Part shown: in pieces, positions 1-9,246 of the stretch
How positions within the stretch are numbered: position 1 is the stretch's first letter
How the letters are laid out: the number at the start of each line of letters is the position of its first letter
From: Candidatus Methanomethylicaceae archaeon
GTDB taxonomy: Archaea; Thermoproteota; Methanomethylicia; Methanomethylicales; Methanomethylicaceae
Assembly: GCA_015660995.1 (NCBI GenBank)
Contig: JACTUC010000006.1
Span: 14,565-78,564 of the forward strand
Direction of reading: 5' to 3'
Length of the DNA: 64,000 nt
Notes under the pieces: model-generated
What the model was told of the DNA's origin: nothing
Databases searched by the model: none
What the model saw: only the letters and a program-made list of their open reading frames with translations
Translations under genes and position numbers: made by a program

Positions 1-144
1 CTTTTAAATTCTAATTTTGCCACAATATTTGCGGTGGGAATAGTCTTTTTGGTATTCGATCTAGTGGATTTCAGATTTGATGATAACTTCACGCTACCAT
101 TAGCGATAGCCATAGTAGTGCAAGTCTTAGAGGTCCTACTATGA
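1..144 (+). CDS. 3' end of dolichol/phytol kinase-like (cytidylyltransferase family) membrane protein, partial
   Basis: Frame 1 translated by hand: LLNSNFATIFAVGIVFLVFDLVDFRFDDNFTLPLAIAIVVQVLEVLL*. Has the DDNxTxP motif. Stop overlaps the DP2 start (ATGA). Confidence 0.65.
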   Translation, partial: LLNSNFATIFAVGIVFLVFDLVDFRFDDNFTLPLAIAIVVQVLEVLL

Positions 145-3100
145 TAGCCGATCCCACCATGCAGAAGTACTTTGTCGATCTCGAAGAGAACATTACGAAG
201 CTTTACAAGATAGCGAATGAGGCACGGTCCAAAGGGTTCGACCCTATTGATGGGGCTGAGATCTATAGGGCGCAGGACTTGGCAGCAAGGGTCGAGGGGC
301 TCATAGGAGTAAAGGGGGTCGCCAGAAGGATACGGGAATTGAACGAGCTCGTTTCCAGGGAGGAAGTGGCATTCAAGATTATTGAGGAGATTATAAATGG
401 GAAGTTCGGGGTTTTCGATGACAAAATAGGCGCAGATTATGCGCTAAGATTGGCTCTTGCGATAGTGACCGAGGGAATAACTGCCGCCCCACTACAGGGA
501 ATAGAGAAGGTTGAGATCAAAAAGAACTCCGACGGGAGCAGATATTTAGCCGTATATTATGCGGGTCCGATGAGGTCAGCAGGCGGCACCGAGCAGGCTC
601 TTACGGTTCTTTTTGCCGATTATATCCGAATTTTACTGCACCTTGACAGGTATAAGATCAAAGAAGAAGAGGTTGGGCGGTTCATAGAAGAGCTCAGGCT
701 CTACGAGAGAAAGGTAACGCGGTTCCAATACCATCCGACTGACGATGACCTCCGGAGGATTCTACACTATATACCTGTCGAAGTAACTGGTCCACCAACG
801 GACGAGTACCAAGTATCGGTTTACAGGAACCTTGAGAGGATTGATACAAACAGGGTGAGGGGAGGAGCATTAAGGGTAATAAACGATGGTGTTTATGGCA
901 AGGCAGCCAAGCTAAAGAAAATTATCGACAAAGTCGGAATCTCGGACTGGGACTGGCTTAAGGTCAAAAAAGATGAAAAGGCAGAGGATATCACTGCGAA
1001 AGTAGTTCCCGACTCGAAATATCTTGTTGATATTGTTGGGGGGAGGCCAATCTTCGCACATCCCTCAGTCTTTGGTGGCTTCAGATTGCGTTATGGCAGA
1101 GCTAGGAACACTGGCCTTGCCGCTGTTGGCATACATCCCGCCACGATGGTAATACTTGAGAGATTCATTGCTGTTGGGACACAATTGAGGGTGGAGCGAC
1201 CAGGTAAGAGCTCAACCATAACCCCTGTTGACAGGATAGAAGGACCAATTGTCAAGCTAAAAAATGGAGACGTGGTGCGAGTAGAGGACGAGATCGAGGC
1301 AGAGAAGGTTAGACCCGAGGTGGAGGAGGTCCTCTTCTTGGGGGACATGGCAATTGCTTTTGGAGAATTCCTAGAGAACAACCAAAGGCTGTTGCCAGCT
1401 GGCTATTGTGAAGAGATCTGGGGATCTGAACTAAGAAAGGTCGTCAATGAAAAATTCGAGGGTCGATATGACATCCTATCTGATCATCTTGGTCTGAAAG
1501 CAGAAAGACTTCGTAGTTTTGTTGATGAGCCGTCAATAGTCAAGCCCACAGCAGATGAGGCGCTTAATCTCGCAAGCCTGCTATCGATTCCCCTGCATCC
1601 AAGGTACACATATTTCTGGGAGAATATTAGTGTCGACGAAATACTGATCCTTCGCGATTGGCTGAGCGAGTCTTTGAAGATCTGGAAAAGTGGAGAACTC
1701 GCTGTACCGCTTAATGATCCAGTTCCAAAAAAGATACTGGAGAAGGTAGCAGTCCCACACAGGATTATCGATGGTAAGGTGCTGTTGCAAGAACCGCTTA
1801 TAATTAATGCGCTCTTCTCTCATTTCAAATGTCGGAAAGGTCCACCCGAAGAAGACCCTGTAAAATTCCTGAGCGAACTTTCAGGTATTCAGTTGAGGCA
1901 GAAAGGCAGATCCTTTATCGGGGCGCGTATGGGAAGGCCAGAGAAAGCTAAAGAGAGGGTAATGCGACCTCCGGTCCATGCACTCTTTCCTGTTGGTCTC
2001 GCAGGCGGGTCTAAACGCGATCTCACCAAAGCTGTTAGCAAAGACGGTTTTGAGGTCTCAATGATAATACAGCGATGTGTAGAGTGCAACACGATTACAC
2101 ATGAGAATTTCTGCAACAAGTGTGGAAAGAGAACAGTAAGGATCTACTCCTGCCCGACCTGTGGTGATTTCTACCAACTGGAAAGCAAGTGCCCAAAATG
2201 TGGATCCCAAACGGTTCCGTACAAGAGCCGCATGGTGTCAATAAAGAATTATGAGCAGATGTTGGGACGCCTAGGCGTACCCAGAGCCCAAATTATAAAG
2301 GGAGTAAGGGGGTTGTCGAACCCCTCAAAGGTGCCAGAGGCTCTTGAGAAAGGGATTCTCAGGAGCAAACATAAGATCTATGTCTACAAGGATGGCACAG
2401 TGAGATTCGATCTTACAAATGCGCCCCTTACCCACTTCAAACCCGCAGAAATAGGGACGAGCGTAGAGAGGCTCAAGCAGCTAGGCTATTCTAAAGACTA
2501 TAAGGGAAGAGAGCTGGAGAGTCCTGATCAGCTTGTTGAGCTCAGGGTTCAGGATATAATAGTCCCGCACAGTTGTGGCAAGTATTTATTGAGGGTTTCA
2601 AGATATGTAGACGAACTTCTTACAATGCTGTATAAAGTGGCACCATTCTACAATTTAGAACGTTACGAAGACACAATAGGTCAATTTGTGATTGGATTGG
2701 CCCCACACACATCTGCAGGAATCGTGGGGAGGATAATCGGCTTCACTAAGGCATCAGTCTGCTATGCTCATCCCTTCTGGCATGCTGCAAAAAGACGGAA
2801 TTGCGACGGAGATGAGGATGCGGTAATGTTGGTCTTAGAAGGATTGATCGACTTTTCGAAAGAATATCTCCCTGAGAAGATAGGAGGTTTAATGGATGCC
2901 CCGCTAGTGATGACTACAGTAATTGATCCTTCAGAAGTAGATGATGAATGCCACAATATGGAAACTGTCAGTTCTTTACCATTGCAATTTTACCATATGG
3001 CTGAAGAGTACAAAGATCCAAAAGAAGCATTAAAAGTAATAGAAATTATGAAGGGCAGACTAGGAAAACCAGAACAGTATAGGAATTTTTCGTTCTCTAT

Positions 3101-3560
3101 TTTCACAGAGGGCATAGACAGAGGCCCTCTTATGACGGAATATGATAAGCTGAAAACTATGATGGAAAAAGTTGAGAAACAACTGCAGTTGGCTGATAAG
3201 ATAAGAGCGGTTGACAGCAGAGACGTAGCGGAGAGATTGCTAAAACACCACTTTATTCCTGACCTAGCTGGTAATATGCGGGCTTTTTCAACTCAAACCT
3301 TCAGGTGTACAAAATGTGGTGCAAGGTATAGGAGAGTACCGCTCAAAGGAGAATGTTCACGGTGCAGTGGAAACCTTATTCTCACGGTTCATGAAGGAAA
3401 CATTAACAAGTATCTAGGTGCAGCCTTTGCCTTGAGCAGGCAATATGAGCTGGGTATTTTTATTGAGCAACAAATAAGCTTGATCGAAAAAGGTCTCCGC
3501 ACTCTTATCCCAGAAAGAAAAGAGAAGAATACCGATCTGGATCAATTCATCGAACAGTGA
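141..3560 (+). CDS. polC: DNA polymerase D large subunit (DP2)
   Basis: 1139 aa; YAGPMRSAGGT, catalytic HAAKRRNCDGDED, central and C-terminal Zn fingers; no intein. Confidence 0.97.
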   Translation: MIADPTMQKYFVDLEENITKLYKIANEARSKGFDPIDGAEIYRAQDLAARVEGLIGVKGVARRIRELNELVSREEVAFKIIEEIINGKFGVFDDKIGADYALRLALAIVTEGITAAPLQGIEKVEIKKNSDGSRYLAVYYAGPMRSAGGTEQALTVLFADYIRILLHLDRYKIKEEEVGRFIEELRLYERKVTRFQYHPTDDDLRRILHYIPVEVTGPPTDEYQVSVYRNLERIDTNRVRGGALRVINDGVYGKAAKLKKIIDKVGISDWDWLKVKKDEKAEDITAKVVPDSKYLVDIVGGRPIFAHPSVFGGFRLRYGRARNTGLAAVGIHPATMVILERFIAVGTQLRVERPGKSSTITPVDRIEGPIVKLKNGDVVRVEDEIEAEKVRPEVEEVLFLGDMAIAFGEFLENNQRLLPAGYCEEIWGSELRKVVNEKFEGRYDILSDHLGLKAERLRSFVDEPSIVKPTADEALNLASLLSIPLHPRYTYFWENISVDEILILRDWLSESLKIWKSGELAVPLNDPVPKKILEKVAVPHRIIDGKVLLQEPLIINALFSHFKCRKGPPEEDPVKFLSELSGIQLRQKGRSFIGARMGRPEKAKERVMRPPVHALFPVGLAGGSKRDLTKAVSKDGFEVSMIIQRCVECNTITHENFCNKCGKRTVRIYSCPTCGDFYQLESKCPKCGSQTVPYKSRMVSIKNYEQMLGRLGVPRAQIIKGVRGLSNPSKVPEALEKGILRSKHKIYVYKDGTVRFDLTNAPLTHFKPAEIGTSVERLKQLGYSKDYKGRELESPDQLVELRVQDIIVPHSCGKYLLRVSRYVDELLTMLYKVAPFYNLERYEDTIGQFVIGLAPHTSAGIVGRIIGFTKASVCYAHPFWHAAKRRNCDGDEDAVMLVLEGLIDFSKEYLPEKIGGLMDAPLVMTTVIDPSEVDDECHNMETVSSLPLQFYHMAEEYKDPKEALKVIEIMKGRLGKPEQYRNFSFSIFTEGIDRGPLMTEYDKLKTMMEKVEKQLQLADKIRAVDSRDVAERLLKHHFIPDLAGNMRAFSTQTFRCTKCGARYRRVPLKGECSRCSGNLILTVHEGNINKYLGAAFALSRQYELGIFIEQQISLIEKGLRTLIPERKEKNTDLDQFIEQ

Positions 3561-4400
3561 TCATAACGATTTCAGAAGATCGATATCAAATATTATTCCG
3601 ATCACGTCTTCTTTTGCGTTTGTTACAGGAAGTTGATCTATATCGAATTTCTGCATTTGGATGGCGCATTCAATTATGCTTGCGTTCTCGTTGATGGTAA
3701 TGCATGGTGCTGCCATCACTTTATAGATAGGTGTGTTCGGAAGGGCGATTTTGCCTTTTGTTATATAGAGCACCGAGGAGGTTTCCCAATCCCATTCCTG
3801 GCTCTCCGATCCAGATTTGAGGATAGACTTTGTTTCTTCAATCTTGACCTCACTTATCTTCATTAGATCTGTGTTTGAGACGATGCCCGCAATTTTTAAT
3901 TCGTTGTCAATAACCAAGGTGACGTATTCATTTGCTAAATGCATCATTGCGCTTGCGATGTGAACTGGGGTATCCATCCAGCAGCTAAAGACTGATGCCT
4001 TCATAAAGTCTTTTACCTTTTGGTTTGAGTTCGACTTAACTATTACCTTATGCACCACATCGCCGACGGTAATTATGCCTAGCAATTCATCATTTTCTAT
4101 AACTGGTAGTCTTCTGTAGCGCTTCTCGACCATTATCTTTATGCAGTCCTCAAAAGGAACTTCAGGGCCGGTTGTTACAACGTTTGTGTTCATTATGAGG
4201 GCAAGTTGATCTTCATCTGGGTGCTTAAAGAGGTCCTCTCTCGTAATGATCCCGATTAATTTTTTAGTGCCTTTCTTGACTACAGGCATGCCCGAGATTT
4301 TCCTCTCCTTAAGCATATTTAGGACCTGCTCTCGACTGCCTGGAACCTCTGCGTAGATGACATTTTGGTTCATCACGTCTCTTACTTTCATGTTGACCAC
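3561..4400 (-). CDS. Four-CBS-domain protein
   Basis: Repeated CBS signatures (GMPVV..LIGIIT, RRLPVI..LLGIITVGD, DQLPV..VIGII). Confidence 0.9.
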   Translation of the reverse strand: MVNMKVRDVMNQNVIYAEVPGSREQVLNMLKERKISGMPVVKKGTKKLIGIITREDLFKHPDEDQLALIMNTNVVTTGPEVPFEDCIKIMVEKRYRRLPVIENDELLGIITVGDVVHKVIVKSNSNQKVKDFMKASVFSCWMDTPVHIASAMMHLANEYVTLVIDNELKIAGIVSNTDLMKISEVKIEETKSILKSGSESQEWDWETSSVLYITKGKIALPNTPIYKVMAAPCITINENASIIECAIQMQKFDIDQLPVTNAKEDVIGIIFDIDLLKSL

Positions 4401-4441
4401 TCATTTATCGCAATTACATGGTGCTCTCTGGCAACAAGCAA

Positions 4442-5770
4442 CTACCTTATCTTAATGTACTCGTAGGCATCCTTCGTCGAGGAGAAGCAATAATTCACTT
4501 TCTGGAAGCCCTTCTTCAATTCTGCGACCTCAAGAGCCACCTTGGCCGGATCCTTATTGTCACATATTACCTTCTTAAAGAAGTCTGCCACCTCTTCCAT
4601 TTCGGATTTTTTCATGCCCAAGCGGGTTAGTTCTTGGGTACCTACCCTTATGCCGCCAGGTGCCTTGTAGTCCCTGCCCATCCGCTTGTCATATGGCAAC
4701 AAATTCCTATTGACTATAATGTTGGCTTTCTCTAGCCGTTTCTCTACCTCAAAACCATTGCCATATTTTGTCACATCCATAATCATCATGTGAGATTCTG
4801 TGAACCCTTTCTTCTCATACAATACATTTATGCCACGCTCAAATAGTGCCTGAGCAAGTGTTTTTGAATTAATCACAATATTCCTCGCGTAGTCGGGATA
4901 AAACTCCAAGGCTTCCGCAAAAGCTATGGCAACTCCTGCAACTGCGTGAAGATGGTGATTGCTCAACAAGCCAGGGAAAATTACGCGTTTTATTGGTTCC
5001 GCATACTTGGACCATGAAACGATGGCACCATGCTGTGGACCGGCTAGTGTCTTATGTGTGCTCATTGTAAAGGCATCCACACCGTCCCCGATGGGATCCT
5101 GGAATATGCCTCCAGCTATAAGACCAGCCACATGAGCACCATCGTAGATCACCTTGGCATCATAGCCTTTAGCAAGCTCAACTATCTCCTTGACGGGGTG
5201 CGGGAATAGAAAAACGCTGGCTCCAAGTACAAAGATTTTTGGAGGCCTGCCTTGATCCTTTAATTCTCTAACGAATTGAGCCGTTTTATCGATATCAATT
5301 GTAAAATTTTCTTCATCAAAAGGATAGTTGACTACGTCCAACTCCCTTACTGTCCCTGCTGTTCCACCAAGGCTCTTTTTGGAGTGGCTAATGTGTCCTC
5401 CAGTTGGGATTGTGCAAGCCAGAAGCACGTCCCCAGGATTTCCAAATGTTGTGAATGCACACAAATTTGCTAAGACGCCAGATATCGGTCTTACATCAAT
5501 AAACTCAGCTTTGAATAGCTTTTTGCCAAGCTCTATTGCGACGGATTCTACTTCATCAAGATATTTGCATCCAGCATATACCCGTTCCCCCACCCAGCCC
5601 TCGGCATACCTGTTTCCAAAATCGCTTGCTAATGCTTCTCTGACCGCTTGGCTTGGAACGTTTTCGCTTGCAATCATGGGCAGCGATTGTTTGATCATTG
5701 CGTGATGGTTTTCCAAACTCCTAAGGACACTCTCGTAAGCGTCTCTACCGCTGGAGATAGAATTGACCAC
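4442..5770 (-). CDS. glyA: Serine hydroxymethyltransferase (archaeal type)
   Basis: MIASEN, RYAEG, GGHISH, PLP lysine in STHKTLAGPQHG. Confidence 0.96.
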   Translation of the reverse strand: MVNSISSGRDAYESVLRSLENHHAMIKQSLPMIASENVPSQAVREALASDFGNRYAEGWVGERVYAGCKYLDEVESVAIELGKKLFKAEFIDVRPISGVLANLCAFTTFGNPGDVLLACTIPTGGHISHSKKSLGGTAGTVRELDVVNYPFDEENFTIDIDKTAQFVRELKDQGRPPKIFVLGASVFLFPHPVKEIVELAKGYDAKVIYDGAHVAGLIAGGIFQDPIGDGVDAFTMSTHKTLAGPQHGAIVSWSKYAEPIKRVIFPGLLSNHHLHAVAGVAIAFAEALEFYPDYARNIVINSKTLAQALFERGINVLYEKKGFTESHMMIMDVTKYGNGFEVEKRLEKANIIVNRNLLPYDKRMGRDYKAPGGIRVGTQELTRLGMKKSEMEEVADFFKKVICDNKDPAKVALEVAELKKGFQKVNYCFSSTKDAYEYIKIR

Positions 5771-5881
5771 AAAAGATTCCTCCTTTAGACTAAGTACTTC
5801 TAATATGGTGAAAAGAAGGTAATATACATAATGCTTAAAAGAGAAGGTACTCCATTTTTCTTAAAGCTGAAGGTGAATTAA

Positions 5882-6055
5882 TTGCCTAAGAGCGAAAAAA
5901 AGAAAGAAGCGCCAATGCCAATGACCGGCGCAGGGCTGATACGCTTCTTTGAGGACGAGACTTATGGGATAAAAATCAAGCCCATCTTTATCGTAGGAAC
6001 CTCGGTAACGCTTATAGTCGTAGTAATCATGGCGCATCTCTTAACAGGCCTTTAG
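5882..6055 (+). CDS. secG: Preprotein translocase subunit Sec61beta (archaeal SecG), 57 aa, not in ORF track
   Basis: TTG start after AGGTGA; MPKSEKKKEAPMPMTGAGLIRFFEDETYGIKIKPIFIVGTSVTLIVVVIMAHLLTGL*; AGLIRFFE motif plus one C-terminal TM helix. Confidence 0.9.
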   Translation: MPKSEKKKEAPMPMTGAGLIRFFEDETYGIKIKPIFIVGTSVTLIVVVIMAHLLTGL

Positions 6056-6057
6056 AT

Positions 6058-7041
6058 CTAGCACAGCGGCTGGGCATCTATGCCTTTTTTCCTAAGTTTT
6101 GCAGCAAAACTGTCGGCATAGCCATGGACCGTGAAAACTTTTTTGGGGGAGCATTCATCAATAAAACACATCAGTTGGGTGTAGTCCGCATGCCCGCTGA
6201 GTACGAAAGATACGTCCGCGCTTCTCCGACCATAAGTTAATGCCCATCCTGTCACCGTTGCAGTCTTCGCATTTGGGTACACCGTGCTCAGATTTCTTGG
6301 ACCAAGCGATGCTGGGAACAGGCAGACGCAACTCTTGCTGCGCATAAGATCTTCCCCCTCCTTAGCCATGTCATAGAAGACTAAGTCTTCCCCCATTGAG
6401 TTGATCGCAGTGTTTGTTCTAGTTATGGAGGGGTGCGTTACCACAGGAATCGAGGTGTAAAGATTGAATAGCTTTGTAATCTCCTGAGCTTTTCCAACTG
6501 GGTAGACAAGAATAAATGGGAGATCTCCTTCCATAATTGTCTTCGCAGCCCAGTCGACAATGGTGTCGTAAACTTCATTTCTAGGCGGAAAAAGGAAGTT
6601 CGGTCTTCCAAATGTTGTCTCGATAACCAGAATATCACATTCATGCGGCTGCATAGCCTTTTGAGTCAACGTATCCACGAAATTAAAATCCCCTGTATAG
6701 AGAAAAGTCACACCATCTTGTTTAAGCAGAAGAGCTCCTGATCCAAAAACGTGCCCGGAGTTGATGATCCTGAGCTCAGTCTGATGGAGTCTCACTGGTT
6801 TATCATAAGCGCATGGTACTGCGTTCCTGACCTTCTTATTTGATATGGCTTCGAAAAGAGCGATAGTTTCACGCGTAGAATATTTTGGTTTCCTGGCGTC
6901 AATGAATGCGCCTGTATGATCCCGGTGGGCATGGGAGATGAAAGCACAATCTGCTGGACCAATTCGATTCGTGGGATCCAGAACTATCTTGAGGTCATGA
7001 GTCTGAACCATGATTCCATTGTGCCAACTTATTTCAACCAC
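6058..7041 (-). CDS. Metallo-beta-lactamase/beta-CASP nuclease (Snm1/ligase-associated exonuclease-like)
   Basis: SHAHRDH, GHVFGS, YTGDF, ETTFG, SGHADY, VHG motifs. Confidence 0.85.
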   Translation of the reverse strand: MVEISWHNGIMVQTHDLKIVLDPTNRIGPADCAFISHAHRDHTGAFIDARKPKYSTRETIALFEAISNKKVRNAVPCAYDKPVRLHQTELRIINSGHVFGSGALLLKQDGVTFLYTGDFNFVDTLTQKAMQPHECDILVIETTFGRPNFLFPPRNEVYDTIVDWAAKTIMEGDLPFILVYPVGKAQEITKLFNLYTSIPVVTHPSITRTNTAINSMGEDLVFYDMAKEGEDLMRSKSCVCLFPASLGPRNLSTVYPNAKTATVTGWALTYGRRSADVSFVLSGHADYTQLMCFIDECSPKKVFTVHGYADSFAAKLRKKGIDAQPLC

Positions 7042-7142
7042 TCAGTGCACCAGTAACCACTAAATAGCCGAGTCGTTTAAAAAGTTACTACTGAATAAGT
7101 TGTTAACTTTTCAAATGACTGATGATACGGGGATGAAACTTA

Positions 7143-8945
7143 GTGTCGTTTACGGACAGACTTGCCAAGAAATACAGCAATACCTTCAGCCTACCTAGCA
7201 GGAAGGTATTGATCGCGGAGCTGTTCATGCTTGGAGCTCTGGTCGGTACAATTATGTATACGATTGAGCCAAGTTCCAAAGGACCGGTGTTTGGGTTAGC
7301 GGACGGGCTAATATCGTTGGCATTTGGAAGCTTTGTAAGCACGTTTGTTATCCATAAACTGACTAAAAAAGGCATATTAACTTTCAATAGGACCATAGCG
7401 ATGGCTGACTTTAGTATTGTATTCCTTGCAATTGGGCTTATCACCGCAGCGGCTTTTTCTCGGGTATTCAATAATCCAGGAAGCTTTGAAAGCATTTATT
7501 TTGTTTCATGCGGCATCATTGTTGCATTTATCTTCATAATATTATCGATAGCTTCTGATTTTAAACAATATGAACTTTTTATTTTAAGTATATTTCAACC
7601 TTTTGTAATATTAATAATACATACAACGTTAATTTATTTTATTTATTATGTAAATTTACTCAATATAGTAACAAACTTTGCGAGCTTTTTTTTGATGGCA
7701 ATAATTGCTTACGTCCTTGGGAGATGGTACTACTTCTCAATAGGTAAAGTCGGTAAAGAATTGTTGGGATATAGCGGTGTAGTTTTGTTTAAGGCCTTCT
7801 TAGAATCATTAATGTTAGATAAGAGCGGACTTATGGAGCAACTGCTAAAGATCCTAGCGGTTCGGGAAGACGTCGAGGTGAGGAGTATTTATTTCAAGAG
7901 TACAAGGCAAAACGGAGTCGTTGTTGCACCTCTCATCCACCCAGGGCCATTCAAAGATCTTGGTAGTAGTAAGCTCCCTACCCGGATCGCGGCTTCTTTC
8001 TTATCTAAGAATACGCTACCAGTCGTTTTCCATACCCCAACCACACATGAAAAAGACTTGATATTAGCCAAAGATTGCGATAGAGTGGTTCAGATGCTGC
8101 AAGAGCTTGAAGTTATACCAGAAAGAAGCTTATCCAAACCTATTATTGTGAAGAAGAAAGGGTCTGTCACAGTTAGTTGCCAAGTTTTTGACGATATTCC
8201 ATTAGCTGTGATTACTCGAGCGCCCATCCCCACAGAGGATTTGCCTGACTGCATAAACGACCTATGCATGGCAAAAATACAAGAGAATGGGTACTCTGAT
8301 GGTGTTGTGGTGGATGCCCATAACGTGATGGACCTAACTTATTCAGAGCTTAGTAGCGAGGACAAGAAAGATATTGTTGAGGCCCTCGGGGAGGCCCTTG
8401 AGGAAACGCATATTATAGAGGAGGGTCCCCTCATCGCGGGTTTTTCAAATGTTAGATTGGAGAACTATTCACCTAAAGATGGCATTGGAAACGCGGGCAT
8501 AATGGTTCTTGTTACCGAGGTCAAAGGAAACAAGGCCGTATATGTTTCCATAGATGCCAATAACATGGTTGTAGGTTTAAGAGAGAAAATTCAAAAAGCT
8601 TTGAAAGAGATCGGTTATGAACATTCTGAAGTCACTACGACGGATACGCACGTCGTTACTGGGCGTTCAGCAGGCGAGGGGTACTTCCCTCTTGGCAAAA
8701 CCATACCCGAAGATGTTCTAATTGAAAAGATCATAGAAGGAGTTGCTGAAGCTGACTCTAAAAAAGCGGAGTGTTCTGTGAAATTCTCTAAAAGAAAGTT
8801 GGAAGATGTCTACCTCTTAGGCAACAAAGGATTGGAGAACCTTTGGAAGGTTACCGACAAATCTCTCAAGGTTGCAAAAAGAAGACTTATGGTGCTCGTC
8901 CTCCTGCTACTAGCTAGCGGGATCATCGTTTATAGCATATTATGA
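7143..8945 (+). CDS. DUF2070 family membrane protein
   Basis: N-terminal TM helices; HPGPF, DAHN, DANN, TTDTH motifs. Confidence 0.85.
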   Translation: MSFTDRLAKKYSNTFSLPSRKVLIAELFMLGALVGTIMYTIEPSSKGPVFGLADGLISLAFGSFVSTFVIHKLTKKGILTFNRTIAMADFSIVFLAIGLITAAAFSRVFNNPGSFESIYFVSCGIIVAFIFIILSIASDFKQYELFILSIFQPFVILIIHTTLIYFIYYVNLLNIVTNFASFFLMAIIAYVLGRWYYFSIGKVGKELLGYSGVVLFKAFLESLMLDKSGLMEQLLKILAVREDVEVRSIYFKSTRQNGVVVAPLIHPGPFKDLGSSKLPTRIAASFLSKNTLPVVFHTPTTHEKDLILAKDCDRVVQMLQELEVIPERSLSKPIIVKKKGSVTVSCQVFDDIPLAVITRAPIPTEDLPDCINDLCMAKIQENGYSDGVVVDAHNVMDLTYSELSSEDKKDIVEALGEALEETHIIEEGPLIAGFSNVRLENYSPKDGIGNAGIMVLVTEVKGNKAVYVSIDANNMVVGLREKIQKALKEIGYEHSEVTTTDTHVVTGRSAGEGYFPLGKTIPEDVLIEKIIEGVAEADSKKAECSVKFSKRKLEDVYLLGNKGLENLWKVTDKSLKVAKRRLMVLVLLLLASGIIVYSIL

Positions 8946-9246
8946 TGTAAGACGAACTTATCTTTACAGCAACGGTCACACTTATTAGAAATATCACGTC
9001 GTTTATGGTTTCTAAAGACTTTCTATTGGATTATCATCAACTGATGATCTAATATATTTTCATCAATTTCTAATGGTTTTTAGTTATTGTTTTATGGATT
9101 AACGTTGTAGAAAAATGATGTTGAACATATCATTATATAATGTAAAATTCCATTATTACGTTTTGAGAAACCTCTTCTATGTCTTTAATTATGCTGATTT
9201 TTCTTAAAGTCGATGATTTGGAGGATCATGTGACTATGTGATAAAG

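Noticed and set aside
2768-2830. Possible intein at the DP2 KRRN/CDGDED site
   Set aside because: The motif is contiguous and the protein length is normal
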